DNA of 7,600 bases from a virus (taxonomy: Duplodnaviria; Heunggongvirae; Uroviricota; Caudoviricetes). Each line of letters opens with the position of its first letter. The stretch's first letter is position 1. Positions 1 to 6,605 of the stretch are shown piece by piece. The position numbers and the translations under genes were made by a program. The DNA lies in IMG/VR virus record IMGVR_UViG_2651869755_000012. One strand, given 5' to 3'. The notes under the pieces were generated by a model. It did no database searches. It worked only from the letters and a program-made list of their open reading frames with translations, and was not told the DNA's origin.

Positions 1-2
1 TT

Positions 3-188
3 ACCGAAACGCAAGCAGATGAGCTGATTTTTCCGTCCCTTCGCAGGGCAAACCTGGCGCTGCGCAGGGCGAAAAGTGATGTTCAGAAGTGGGAGCGAGT
101 CTGCGCCGCGCTGCGGGAGCTGAACAAGCACCGGGATATTGTTCGACAGATTACTGATTCTTCCCGCCGTGTTGTATCGGAAAAGTGA
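3..188 (+). CDS. 3' end of an upstream phage gene of unknown function (C-terminal 61 codons; 5' end lies outside the window)
   Basis: Open frame from the window edge (codon phase starting at nt 3) to TGA at 186-188; tail reads ...LRRANLALRRAKSDVQKWERVCAALRELNKHRDIVRQITDSSRRVVSEK. Same strand and tight spacing with the next gene. No motif recognised. Confidence 0.45.
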   Translation, partial: TETQADELIFPSLRRANLALRRAKSDVQKWERVCAALRELNKHRDIVRQITDSSRRVVSEK

Positions 189-203
189 TTGCCGGAGGCG
201 CTT

Positions 204-629
204 ATGGCAAAAGTATTTACACAAGAAGAGCGGGAAAAAATTAAAGGGCAGGTTGTTGAACTTGTACGTCTGAGCGGTCGCGAGACGTTGCGGCAACTGG
301 AAGCCAAGACAGGTGCGACAAGATATCTGATGAGTGTTCTCGCCAGAGAGCTGGTTGCCAGTGGCGATGTATACAACTCTGGTTACGGGTTATTCCCGTC
401 TGAACAGGCGCGTAAGGACTGGCAAAATGCTCGCAAAAAACTCTCAAGGGCAAAGGTGAAGAAACCTGCAGTGGTTGATCCGGACCTTATCTGGTCGTTA
501 CCAGACGGCGAAATACGCCGCTACGACAGGCGCCTGAATATAATCTGTCGCGAGTGCCGGAAGAGCGAAGCTATGCAGCGTGTACTGGCATTTTATCAAG
601 GAAATGTTAGGTATTTTAGACGTTACTAG
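204..629 (+). CDS. Hypothetical phage protein (141 aa), function unknown
   Basis: ATG at 204 preceded by GGAGG (193-197) at good spacing; the six-frame ORF 189..629 starts at an upstream TTG which I do not favour. Basic C-terminus; no catalytic motif recognised. Confidence 0.55.
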   Translation: MAKVFTQEEREKIKGQVVELVRLSGRETLRQLEAKTGATRYLMSVLARELVASGDVYNSGYGLFPSEQARKDWQNARKKLSRAKVKKPAVVDPDLIWSLPDGEIRRYDRRLNIICRECRKSEAMQRVLAFYQGNVRYFRRY

Positions 630-782
630 ATTAAAGAGCATTAGTTCAGATGTGAATTGACATTTTCATGGCGCAGGGTAGAGCCAGCGTGGTTGTCCGC
701 TTTGCGTCAAAACCAGATATTACCAGATTTAGACATATATTCCCGATAGCCCTGCTCTGATGCTACACTCTGTGCTATTTTC

Positions 783-1469
783 ATGACCCCAATAAAAATA
801 TTTATGACTATTGCTGATTTCAAACGGCCTAAATTGGAGCTCCCAAACGGGGCAAACAAACTACTACTGCACTCTTGCTGTGCTCCATGTTCCGGTGAAG
901 TGATGGAGGCGCTTCAGGCCTCGGGAATCGACTACACCATCTTTTTCTACAACCCGAACATTCATCCTCAGAAAGAGTATTTAATTCGTAAGGATGAAAA
1001 TATTCGCTTTGCTGAACAACACGGCGTGCCGTTTATCGATGCTGATTACGACACCGACAACTGGTTTGAACGTGCCAAAGGAATGGAATGGGAGCCTGAG
1101 AGGGGGATCCGTTGTACCATGTGTTTTGACATGCGTTTTGAGCGGACAGCGTTGTACGCTGCTGAAAATGGTTTCAGTGTGATCAGCAGTTCACTGGGCA
1201 TTTCACGCTGGAAAAATATGCAGCAGGTTAACGAGTGTGGGCGGCGAGCTGTTGCGCATTATCCGGGTATGGTGTACTGGGATTATAACTGGCGCAAGCA
1301 GGGCGGCTCGTCCCGTATGATTGAAATCAGCAAGCGCGAAAAATTCTATCAGCAGGAATATTGTGGCTGTGTGTATTCTCTGCGCGATACCAATCTACAC
1401 CGCAAATCTCAGGGACGCCCTCTTATCAAAATTGGCCAACTCCACTACGGAAAAGAAGAGAAGGAGTGA
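783..1469 (+). CDS. queH: QueH-type epoxyqueuosine reductase (DUF208 family)
   Basis: Translation carries the Cys motifs I associate with DUF208/QueH: [11 protein letters not shown] (CCAPC at nt 876-890), CTMCFDMRF and YCGCVYSL. Length 228 aa fits the family. Start could alternatively be the ATG at 804; neither has a strong SD. Confidence 0.75.
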   Translation: MTPIKIFMTIADFKRPKLELPNGANKLLLHSCCAPCSGEVMEALQASGIDYTIFFYNPNIHPQKEYLIRKDENIRFAEQHGVPFIDADYDTDNWFERAKGMEWEPERGIRCTMCFDMRFERTALYAAENGFSVISSSLGISRWKNMQQVNECGRRAVAHYPGMVYWDYNWRKQGGSSRMIEISKREKFYQQEYCGCVYSLRDTNLHRKSQGRPLIKIGQLHYGKEEKE

Positions 1470-1501
1470 TTTTATGGATCACCTTTCTGATTGATTTCAT
1501 A

Positions 1502-1530
1502 TTGGCGAGGTGACGTGAGTTAAGTAGAAT
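1502..1530 (+). promoter_or_regulatory. Putative sigma70 promoter of the hok mRNA (TTGGCG -17- TAGAAT)
   Basis: -35-like TTGGCG at 1502-1507, 17-bp spacer, -10 TAGAAT at 1525-1530. Predicted start near 1537 falls on GCTGCGGGTGCTTGAGGC, which resembles the 5' end of plasmid R1 hok mRNA (GGCGCTTGAGGC) as I recall it. Confidence 0.5.
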
Positions 1531-1599
1531 GGCTGCGGGTGCTTGAGGCTATCTGTCTCAGGCATGAACACTGAAAGGCAGATAGAGAAAAGCCCCAGT

Positions 1600-1667
1600 T
1601 AACATTTCGCGTCCTGCAAGACGCTTAACATTAATCTGAGGCCCAATCTATGTCTCACAAATGTAGG
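1600..1667 (-). ncRNA. Putative Sok-like antisense RNA (position inferred, ends uncertain)
   Basis: On the minus strand, TTGCCT (complement of + 1697-1702), 17-bp spacer, TAACCT (complement of + 1674-1679) form a weak promoter that would transcribe antisense across the mok-like start (ATGTCTCAC at + 1650). This matches the architecture of hok/sok loci. No clear terminator was found, so the 3' end is a guess. Confidence 0.25.
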
Positions 1668-1706
1668 TTAGCCTCTTACGTGCCGAAAGGCAAGGGGAAG
1701 CAGGCT

Positions 1707-1862
1707 ATGAAGCAGCAAAAGGCGATGTTAATCGCCCTGATCGTCATCTGTTTAACCGTCATTGTGACGGCACTGGTAACGAGGAAAGACCTCTGCGAGG
1801 TACGAATCCGAACCGGCCAGACGGAGGTCGCTGTCTTCACAGCTTACGAACCTGAGGAGTAA
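1707..1862 (+). CDS. hokD: Hok/Gef family type I toxin (51 aa), HokD-like
   Basis: MKQQKAMLIALIVICLTVIVTALVTRKDLCEVRIRTGQTEVAVFTAYEPEE: single N-terminal transmembrane helix and the conserved family core. From memory this matches E. coli HokD/RelF closely. An in-frame upstream ATG at 1650 (ORF 1650..1862) corresponds to the mok-like start; AAGGGGAAG lies ahead of the ATG at 1707. Confidence 0.85.
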   Translation: MKQQKAMLIALIVICLTVIVTALVTRKDLCEVRIRTGQTEVAVFTAYEPEE

Positions 1863-1930
1863 GAGACCCGGCGGGGGAGTAATCTCCCGCCACCTCTGAT
1901 GTGCCAGGCATCCTCAACGCACCCGCACTT

Positions 1931-1951
1931 AACCCGCTTCGGCGGGTTTTT
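1931..1951 (+). terminator. Rho-independent terminator ending the hok transcript
   Basis: Hairpin CCCGC-TTCG-GCGGG (1933-1946) followed by TTTTT (1947-1951). Confidence 0.7.
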
Positions 1952-1962
1952 GCATTAGTCTG

Positions 1963-1992
1963 GTTGACAAAAATAGAAAAATGCGAAAATAT
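1963..1992 (+). promoter_or_regulatory. Putative promoter of the two-gene insert (consensus -35 TTGACA)
   Basis: Perfect TTGACA at 1963-1968; weak -10 candidate AAATAT at 1987-1992 (18-bp spacer) inside an A-rich tract; the first ATG of the module is at 2028. Confidence 0.4.
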
Positions 1993-2027
1993 GTGGTTTA
2001 CGAATTCTAAAAAAAGCGAAACTTGAA

Positions 2028-2678
2028 ATGAATGAAAATCAGTTAGCTCCTTGTTGGGAATTTCAACCTTATCTTGCTGAAAACTATGTTCGCCACTTGT
2101 TGGCGGAGATCGCTAACGTACTTGAGCAGCTGTACTATCATAAGCACGCATTAGACAGCAACTGGTCTGAAGGTGTAAGGGCTTATGATTGGGTCAGAAA
2201 TCATCTTATTCAAAATGAAGATGCAATTCCTGGCCTTGAGATGATTTCCAAGGGGTTGGACTATGTAGTTGCTTTAAATAAAGTTCCGCTACAATTTACC
2301 AAAGATTGCATTAATAACCCCAAAAAGAAACATCGTCTGCGTCGAAATAAAGTAGAGTATGAGCAGCTCTCATTGTTTGGTGATGTTGAGGCTGAGCAAG
2401 ATATTACATGGCGAGTCATAGCTGAGCCTTTTTTATCCGAAGAGGGCGATGGTGAATTAGAGTCCACACTGCCTCGTTGGGAGGTAGCTCTTGTTGGATT
2501 TAATACTTATGGTGCTCAGATTAGTATAGTTTCTCATCAATCTACAGCATCGATGCCGCTTATGCCTCTTGATTATAACACACTCCCTGACGAAGCGGAG
2601 ATTAATAAGGTGCCTCTTCGTCGGCGTACGAAGGATAAAGATTTGGATGTGAGCAGTGATGGAACATCAGGTGAATAA
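2028..2678 (+). CDS. Unknown-function protein (216 aa), first gene of a two-gene module with the downstream HTH-peptidase
   Basis: Long ORF in an AT-rich segment, ATG at 2028, stop TAA at 2676-2678 overlapping the next gene's start by 20 nt. Acidic protein with a basic patch (KKKHRLRRNK); no transmembrane segment or catalytic motif recognised. Confidence 0.6.
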   Translation: MNENQLAPCWEFQPYLAENYVRHLLAEIANVLEQLYYHKHALDSNWSEGVRAYDWVRNHLIQNEDAIPGLEMISKGLDYVVALNKVPLQFTKDCINNPKKKHRLRRNKVEYEQLSLFGDVEAEQDITWRVIAEPFLSEEGDGELESTLPRWEVALVGFNTYGAQISIVSHQSTASMPLMPLDYNTLPDEAEINKVPLRRRTKDKDLDVSSDGTSGE

Positions 2679-3762
2679 CTTCACTGAGTATCGGGGTGAT
2701 AAGCTCAAACTAGCGAGAATGGCTGTTGGGCTTTCTTGTGAAGAGTTAGCCGAAAAAATTGGCAAGACAAAGCAATTCGTTAGCAAACTGGAGAAGGGGT
2801 GCAGGCCATCGGAGCAATGTCTTGAGTTAATATCTTCAGCGCTTATGATTAAGTCCAGTTTTCTTTTTACTGAACGAAAATACGCTCTGGAAAGTGATGT
2901 CTGCCATTTTCGGAGTAAGAAGTCCAGGACTCAAACGCTGACTAATAGTGTATTGGCCAGGGCTGAGATTCTTAATATTATAATTTCTGCTGTTGAAGGT
3001 GAAATCGAATTTCCTGACGTTAACATACCGGAGCACCCAGGGGCTGAATTACTTACTCCGAATGATATTGAGCGAGTGGCAGAAGATTGTCGCCGTGCCT
3101 GGAATTTAGGTCTTGGCCCTATATCATCAATGGTTAAATTGGCGGAGAGTTTAGGGGTAATCGTTGCGCATGTTACGGGAGTCGATGATCGTGTTGATGC
3201 TTTTACTGTTCACAATAACAGGCCTGTTATCATCAGGAACAATGTTAAAAAAAGCATATGTAGATTTCGCTCTGATTTAGGTCATGAATTAGGGCATTTA
3301 GTAATGCATGAGGGCATAACGACAGGTGATAAACTTACGGAATCACAAGCCGATCACTTTTCGAGCGCCTTATTAGTTCCCAGGTTATCTTTCATTAAAG
3401 AATTTCCACGAATACGAGGTAAGCAATTCGACTGGAATGCTCTGGTTGAATTTAAACTTAGATGGAAAATCAGCCTTAAAATGTGTATTTATCGAGCCAG
3501 CGCATTAGGCTTATTGACCCAGGAACAGGCAAGAACTGGCTATATGCATCTTAATTCCAGAGGGTATACGAGAGTTGAACCTGGTGATGAACTTTTGCGC
3601 CCTGAAGAACCCGGCATGCTGGCCGAGGCGATTGAAATGCTGGATGATGCAACCTGGCTAAGAATTCTTATGAAAACTGGCTTGAGCCAAGATTTAATTC
3701 GTGAGTTGTTCTCCATCAACAGACCTATTACAAATCCAAGAAATATTTTCCAGATTGTTTGA
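2659..3762 (+). CDS. Fused XRE-family HTH / ImmA-IrrE (COG2856, M78-like) zinc metallopeptidase, 367 aa
   Basis: N-terminal XRE-type helix-turn-helix (LARMAVGLSCEELAEKIGKTKQFVSKLEKG) and a central HEXXH zinc site (HELGH at nt 3283-3297, within DLGHELGHLVMHEG), plus about 150 aa of C-terminal extension. ATG at 2659 (GTG at 2656 also possible); stop TGA 3760-3762. Confidence 0.8.
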   Translation: MEHQVNNFTEYRGDKLKLARMAVGLSCEELAEKIGKTKQFVSKLEKGCRPSEQCLELISSALMIKSSFLFTERKYALESDVCHFRSKKSRTQTLTNSVLARAEILNIIISAVEGEIEFPDVNIPEHPGAELLTPNDIERVAEDCRRAWNLGLGPISSMVKLAESLGVIVAHVTGVDDRVDAFTVHNNRPVIIRNNVKKSICRFRSDLGHELGHLVMHEGITTGDKLTESQADHFSSALLVPRLSFIKEFPRIRGKQFDWNALVEFKLRWKISLKMCIYRASALGLLTQEQARTGYMHLNSRGYTRVEPGDELLRPEEPGMLAEAIEMLDDATWLRILMKTGLSQDLIRELFSINRPITNPRNIFQIV

Positions 3763-3766
3763 GTAT

Positions 3767-3787
3767 ACCCGCTTCGGCGGGTTTTTT
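3767..3787 (+). terminator. Rho-independent terminator after the two-gene module (same hairpin as at 1932-1951)
   Basis: CCCGC-TTCG-GCGGG (3768-3781) followed by TTTTTT (3782-3787); the 20-mer ACCCGCTTCGGCGGGTTTTT is identical to 1932-1951. Confidence 0.7.
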
Positions 3788-3806
3788 GTTTTTATTTTCA
3801 ACGTGT

Positions 3807-3836
3807 TTGAAGTTTTGGACGGTGCCAGAATAGAAT
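3807..3836 (+). promoter_or_regulatory. Putative sigma70 promoter (TTGAAG -18- TAGAAT)
   Basis: TTGAAG at 3807-3812, 18-bp spacer, TAGAAT at 3831-3836, upstream of the ORF starting at 3872. Confidence 0.4.
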
Positions 3837-3871
3837 CAAAAATACTTAAGTAGCGCGCAGGGAGAAGAGGG

Positions 3872-4093
3872 ATGGACCCCGAACAGGGGGAGTGCTATTT
3901 ATCTGGAAGGATTCTGTTGATGAAAATCGAAGAATTACGTGAAATTTTTAGTGAAGATGGCCTCTATGCTGTGCGCGTTGAGAATGGGGGTATTACCTAC
4001 ACAGCGTTAATTCCTGATGATCATGTAGTGTTATCTGTTGAGGCATTCATTGAATACTTGGAAAGACTCGGTTTCAAGGTAGTTCGGGAATAA
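3872..4093 (+). CDS. Small hypothetical phage protein (73 aa; alternative start ATG 3920 gives 57 aa)
   Basis: ORF with GGAG at 3861-3864 ahead of ATG 3872; the internal in-frame ATG at 3920 has GGAAGGA at 3904-3910. No motif recognised. Confidence 0.45.
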   Translation: MDPEQGECYLSGRILLMKIEELREIFSEDGLYAVRVENGGITYTALIPDDHVVLSVEAFIEYLERLGFKVVRE

Positions 4094-4152
4094 GTTATAA
4101 TACGTGAGCCAGCCTGAACAACTGGCAACCTGCAGCGCCATTGGAGATGACA

Positions 4153-4425
4153 ATGGCGCATAATTTCAAATTTCGCAATTCTGATTCTGCCTTTGCCAGC
4201 AGGCACGGGTGGCGTTCTCACGCATTCAAATATGACTGGTATCAGCACGATCCCTGTACTGAAGAACAGGCCGAATGGCTGATTCATAACTACCGCAGAC
4301 GTGGATATGAGTTTAGGAAAGCCCTCACCCTCGATTATCGTCACTGGATAATCTACGTCAGACTCCCTTATTCCGAACGCCCACCGCGTCCGTCCCGCAC
4401 ATTCCAGCAACGCATCTGGAGGTAA
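4153..4425 (+). CDS. Hypothetical phage protein (about 90 aa)
   Basis: ORF 4141..4425 in the track (TTG start); I prefer ATG 4153 with TGGAGA at 4142-4147. Stop TAA 4423-4425 lies 1 nt before the next gene's GTG. Trp/Arg/His-rich; no motif recognised. Confidence 0.4.
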   Translation: MAHNFKFRNSDSAFASRHGWRSHAFKYDWYQHDPCTEEQAEWLIHNYRRRGYEFRKALTLDYRHWIIYVRLPYSERPPRPSRTFQQRIWR

Positions 4426-4426
4426 C

Positions 4427-5473
4427 GTGCGGGTATTACTTCGACCTGTTCTGGTACCGGAACTCGGGCTGGTGATCGTTAAGCCGGGCCGTGAATCCAT
4501 GCCGGTATTCCACAATACCCGGGTACTGGTGGAGCCGGAACCGAAAAGCATGCGTAATCTGCCGTCCGGGGTCGTTCCTGCCGTTCGCCAGCCGCTGGCG
4601 GAGGATAAATCATTACTGCCATTTTTCAGCGACGAACGAGTGATTCGTGCTGCTGGTGGCGCTGGCGCATTGTCTGATTGGTTACTGCGCCATGTTAAAT
4701 CCTGCCAGTGGCCACACGGCGATTATCACCACAGTGAAACCGTCATTCACCGTTATGGTACCGGCGCAATGGTGTTGTGCTGGCACTGCGACAACCAGCT
4801 GCGCGACCAGACCTCCGAATCACTCGGGCAACTTGCTCACCAAAACCTGTCTGCATGGATGATTGACGTCATACGCCATGCAATGAATGGCTCGCAGGAA
4901 CGGGAATTATCGCTGGCTGAATTATCCTGGTGGGCGGTCCGCAATCAGGTGGCGGACGCGCTACCGGAAGCGGTATTACGTCGTTCGCTGGGGTTGCGTG
5001 CGGAAAAAATCCGCTCAATGTACCGTGAAAGCGACATCGTACCGGGAGAGCAGACCGCCACCAGCATACTGAAGCAGCGCACAAAAAATCTTGCGCCGCT
5101 GCCTCACGCCCACCAGCAAAACCCGCCACAGGAAGAGACGGTGGTCAGCATTGCCGTTGATCCTGAGTCTCCGGAATCTTTCATGAAACGACCTAAACGT
5201 CGCCGCTGGGTTAACGAGAAATACACACGCTGGGTGAAGACACAGCCGTGTGCGTGTTGTGGTAAGCCAGCCGACGATCCCCATCACCTGATTGGTCATG
5301 GTCAGGGCGGAATGGGGACAAAATCTCACGATATTTTCACGCTACCGCTGTGTCGGGAGCATCACAACGAGCTTCATGCGGATCCTCTGGCGTTCGAAGA
5401 AAAGCATGGTTCTCAGGTTGATTTAATTTTTCGTTTTCTTGATCACGCCTTTGCAACTGGCGTGCTTGGGTAA
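4427..5473 (+). CDS. DUF968 family phage protein (YdfU-like) with C-terminal Cys/His nuclease-like motif
   Basis: GTG start at 4427 preceded by GGAGG (4418-4422). C-terminal region KTQPCACCGKPADDPHHLIGHGQGGMGTKSHDIFTLPLCREHHNELH resembles the YbcO/DUF1364-type motif found in DUF968 proteins of lambdoid prophages. Position (upstream of rusA and Q) matches Qin-type prophages. Confidence 0.7.
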   Translation: MRVLLRPVLVPELGLVIVKPGRESMPVFHNTRVLVEPEPKSMRNLPSGVVPAVRQPLAEDKSLLPFFSDERVIRAAGGAGALSDWLLRHVKSCQWPHGDYHHSETVIHRYGTGAMVLCWHCDNQLRDQTSESLGQLAHQNLSAWMIDVIRHAMNGSQERELSLAELSWWAVRNQVADALPEAVLRRSLGLRAEKIRSMYRESDIVPGEQTATSILKQRTKNLAPLPHAHQQNPPQEETVVSIAVDPESPESFMKRPKRRRWVNEKYTRWVKTQPCACCGKPADDPHHLIGHGQGGMGTKSHDIFTLPLCREHHNELHADPLAFEEKHGSQVDLIFRFLDHAFATGVLG

Positions 5474-5485
5474 AAGAGGTGACTG

Positions 5486-5845
5486 ATGCTCATAGATTTG
5501 GTTTTACCTTACCCGCCGACGGTGAACACTTACTGGCGACGCCGTGGCAGCACATATTTTATCTCGGAGGAGGGAAAGCGTTATCGCCGGGCTGTGGCGC
5601 TTATTGTTCGCCAGCAGCGGCTGAAATTAAGCCTGTCCGGAAGGCTGGCGATAAAGGTGATTGCAGAGCCACCGGATAAGCGCCGCCGCGACCTGGACAA
5701 TATCCTGAAGGCACCACTGGATGCGCTGACGCATGCCGGACTACTTATAGACGACGAGCAGTTTGATGAAATCAATATTGTGCGCGGTCAGCTCGTTCCT
5801 GGTGGGCGGCTGGGGATAAAAATCACAGAACTGGAGTGCGCATGA
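5486..5845 (+). CDS. rusA: RusA Holliday-junction resolvase (crossover junction endodeoxyribonuclease)
   Basis: 119 aa; PYPPTVNTYW N-terminus and PDKRRRDLDNILKAPLDALTHAGLLIDD match the RusA active-site region (PDRRRRDLDN in DLP12 RusA as I recall). SD AAGAGGTGA at 5474-5482. Confidence 0.85.
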   Translation: MLIDLVLPYPPTVNTYWRRRGSTYFISEEGKRYRRAVALIVRQQRLKLSLSGRLAIKVIAEPPDKRRRDLDNILKAPLDALTHAGLLIDDEQFDEINIVRGQLVPGGRLGIKITELECA

Positions 5846-6531
5846 ATAACCAGTATTTACAGTTTGTGCGTGAGCAGCTCATTATCGCCACCGCTGATTT
5901 GAGTGGGGCAACAAAAGGTCAGCTTGAAGCCTGGCAGGAGAATGCCATGTTCGATACAGGGCGTTACAGGCGTAAAAAAATCCGGTACCGCGATGAAGTG
6001 ACCGGAAAAATGATAACGCGGGATAATCCACCAATCCCGGGAAAACAATCGCTGGCGAAGGGGACGTCAATTCCTCTGGTCAGTCAGGTTGCTTTTTCTA
6101 CATCATCATGGCGGCGGGCTGTTTTGTCTCTTGAAGAACATCATAAAGCCTGGTTGTTGTGGTGTTACAGCGGAAATACTTGCTGGGAGTATCAGATCGC
6201 GATAACGCAGTGGGCATGGACAGAATTTAAGACTCACTCTGGTACCAGGAAAATTGCAGGGAAGACACAGGAACGCCTGAAAAAATTAATCTGGCTGGCT
6301 GCACAGGATGTCAGGAGATGGGTTATAGGACATGATATCTACCAGCAACAGGAGCTTGCCCGTCTGTGTGGGATTAAGCCTGACAACTGGAGCCACAATT
6401 ATGTGAGCTACTGGCGTGAAATACTCGACATTTTTATGAACCTCGATACCGAATCTCTGATTTGCACTGTGAAAAGGAGATCTCAACAAAAAGCGGCATT
6501 TTTGCAGCGAGATATTGCAAAAGTCAATTAG
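5842..6531 (+). CDS. Putative Q-like late antiterminator (229 aa)
   Basis: ATG at 5842 overlaps the rusA stop (ATGA, 5842-5845). The gene sits directly downstream of rusA and directly upstream of an intergenic terminator, the canonical place for Q in lambdoid phages. Assignment is by position and size; no diagnostic motif was verified. Confidence 0.5.
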   Translation: MNNQYLQFVREQLIIATADLSGATKGQLEAWQENAMFDTGRYRRKKIRYRDEVTGKMITRDNPPIPGKQSLAKGTSIPLVSQVAFSTSSWRRAVLSLEEHHKAWLLWCYSGNTCWEYQIAITQWAWTEFKTHSGTRKIAGKTQERLKKLIWLAAQDVRRWVIGHDIYQQQELARLCGIKPDNWSHNYVSYWREILDIFMNLDTESLICTVKRRSQQKAAFLQRDIAKVN

Positions 6532-6578
6532 ATAGCATATATTTTATGTAAATGTGATATATTGCTGTAAAGTGTATA

Positions 6579-6605
6579 AACCCGCTCAAATGTGCGGGTT
6601 TTTTG
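6579..6605 (+). terminator. Rho-independent terminator (tR'-like) downstream of the Q-like gene
   Basis: CCCGC (6581-6585), 8-nt loop, GCGGG (6594-6598), then TTTTTT (6599-6604). An AT-rich promoter-like stretch at 6532-6580 precedes it, with a TATAAA-like hexamer at 6575-6580 (promoter not confidently resolved). Confidence 0.6.

Noticed and set aside
83-453. Minus-strand ORFs 83..376 (97 aa) and 241..453 (70 aa)
   Set aside because: They overlap the well-supported + strand genes (3..188 and 204..629), have no start context and are Ser/Arg-rich, as expected from antisense translation of coding DNA.
994-1182. ORF 994..1182 + (62 aa) inside queH
   Set aside because: Alternative frame entirely within the QueH coding sequence, which has conserved motifs in its own frame.
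1650-1706. Treating 1650..1862 as a single 70-aa CDS
   Set aside because: The conserved Hok toxin corresponds to the 51 codons starting at ATG 1707. The upstream in-frame part matches the mok-like leader of hok loci and is better described as a regulatory translation start than as the mature toxin.
2261-3036. Minus-strand ORFs 2261..2467 and 2836..3036
   Set aside because: Embedded antisense within the long + strand ORFs of the two-gene module; AT-rich DNA readily produces such open frames.
4021-4551. Minus-strand ORF 4021..4551 (176 aa)
   Set aside because: Overlaps three + strand genes arranged in a compact coupled array with SD sequences; no start signal; low-complexity Ser/Thr/Gly-rich translation.
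4647-5329. ORFs 4647..4862 +, 4887..5072 +, 4869..5129 - and 5015..5329 - inside the DUF968 gene
   Set aside because: All are alternative-frame or antisense ORFs within the 348-aa DUF968 coding sequence, which carries the recognisable C-terminal Cys/His motif.
5479-6070. ORFs 5479..5679 +, 5581..5775 -, 5857..6048 - and 5882..6070 -
   Set aside because: Overlap rusA (clear motif match) or the Q-like gene in other frames; no independent support.
6286-6489. Minus-strand ORF 6286..6489 (67 aa) inside the Q-like gene
   Set aside because: Antisense ORF embedded within the 229-aa + strand Q-like coding sequence; no start context or recognisable motif.
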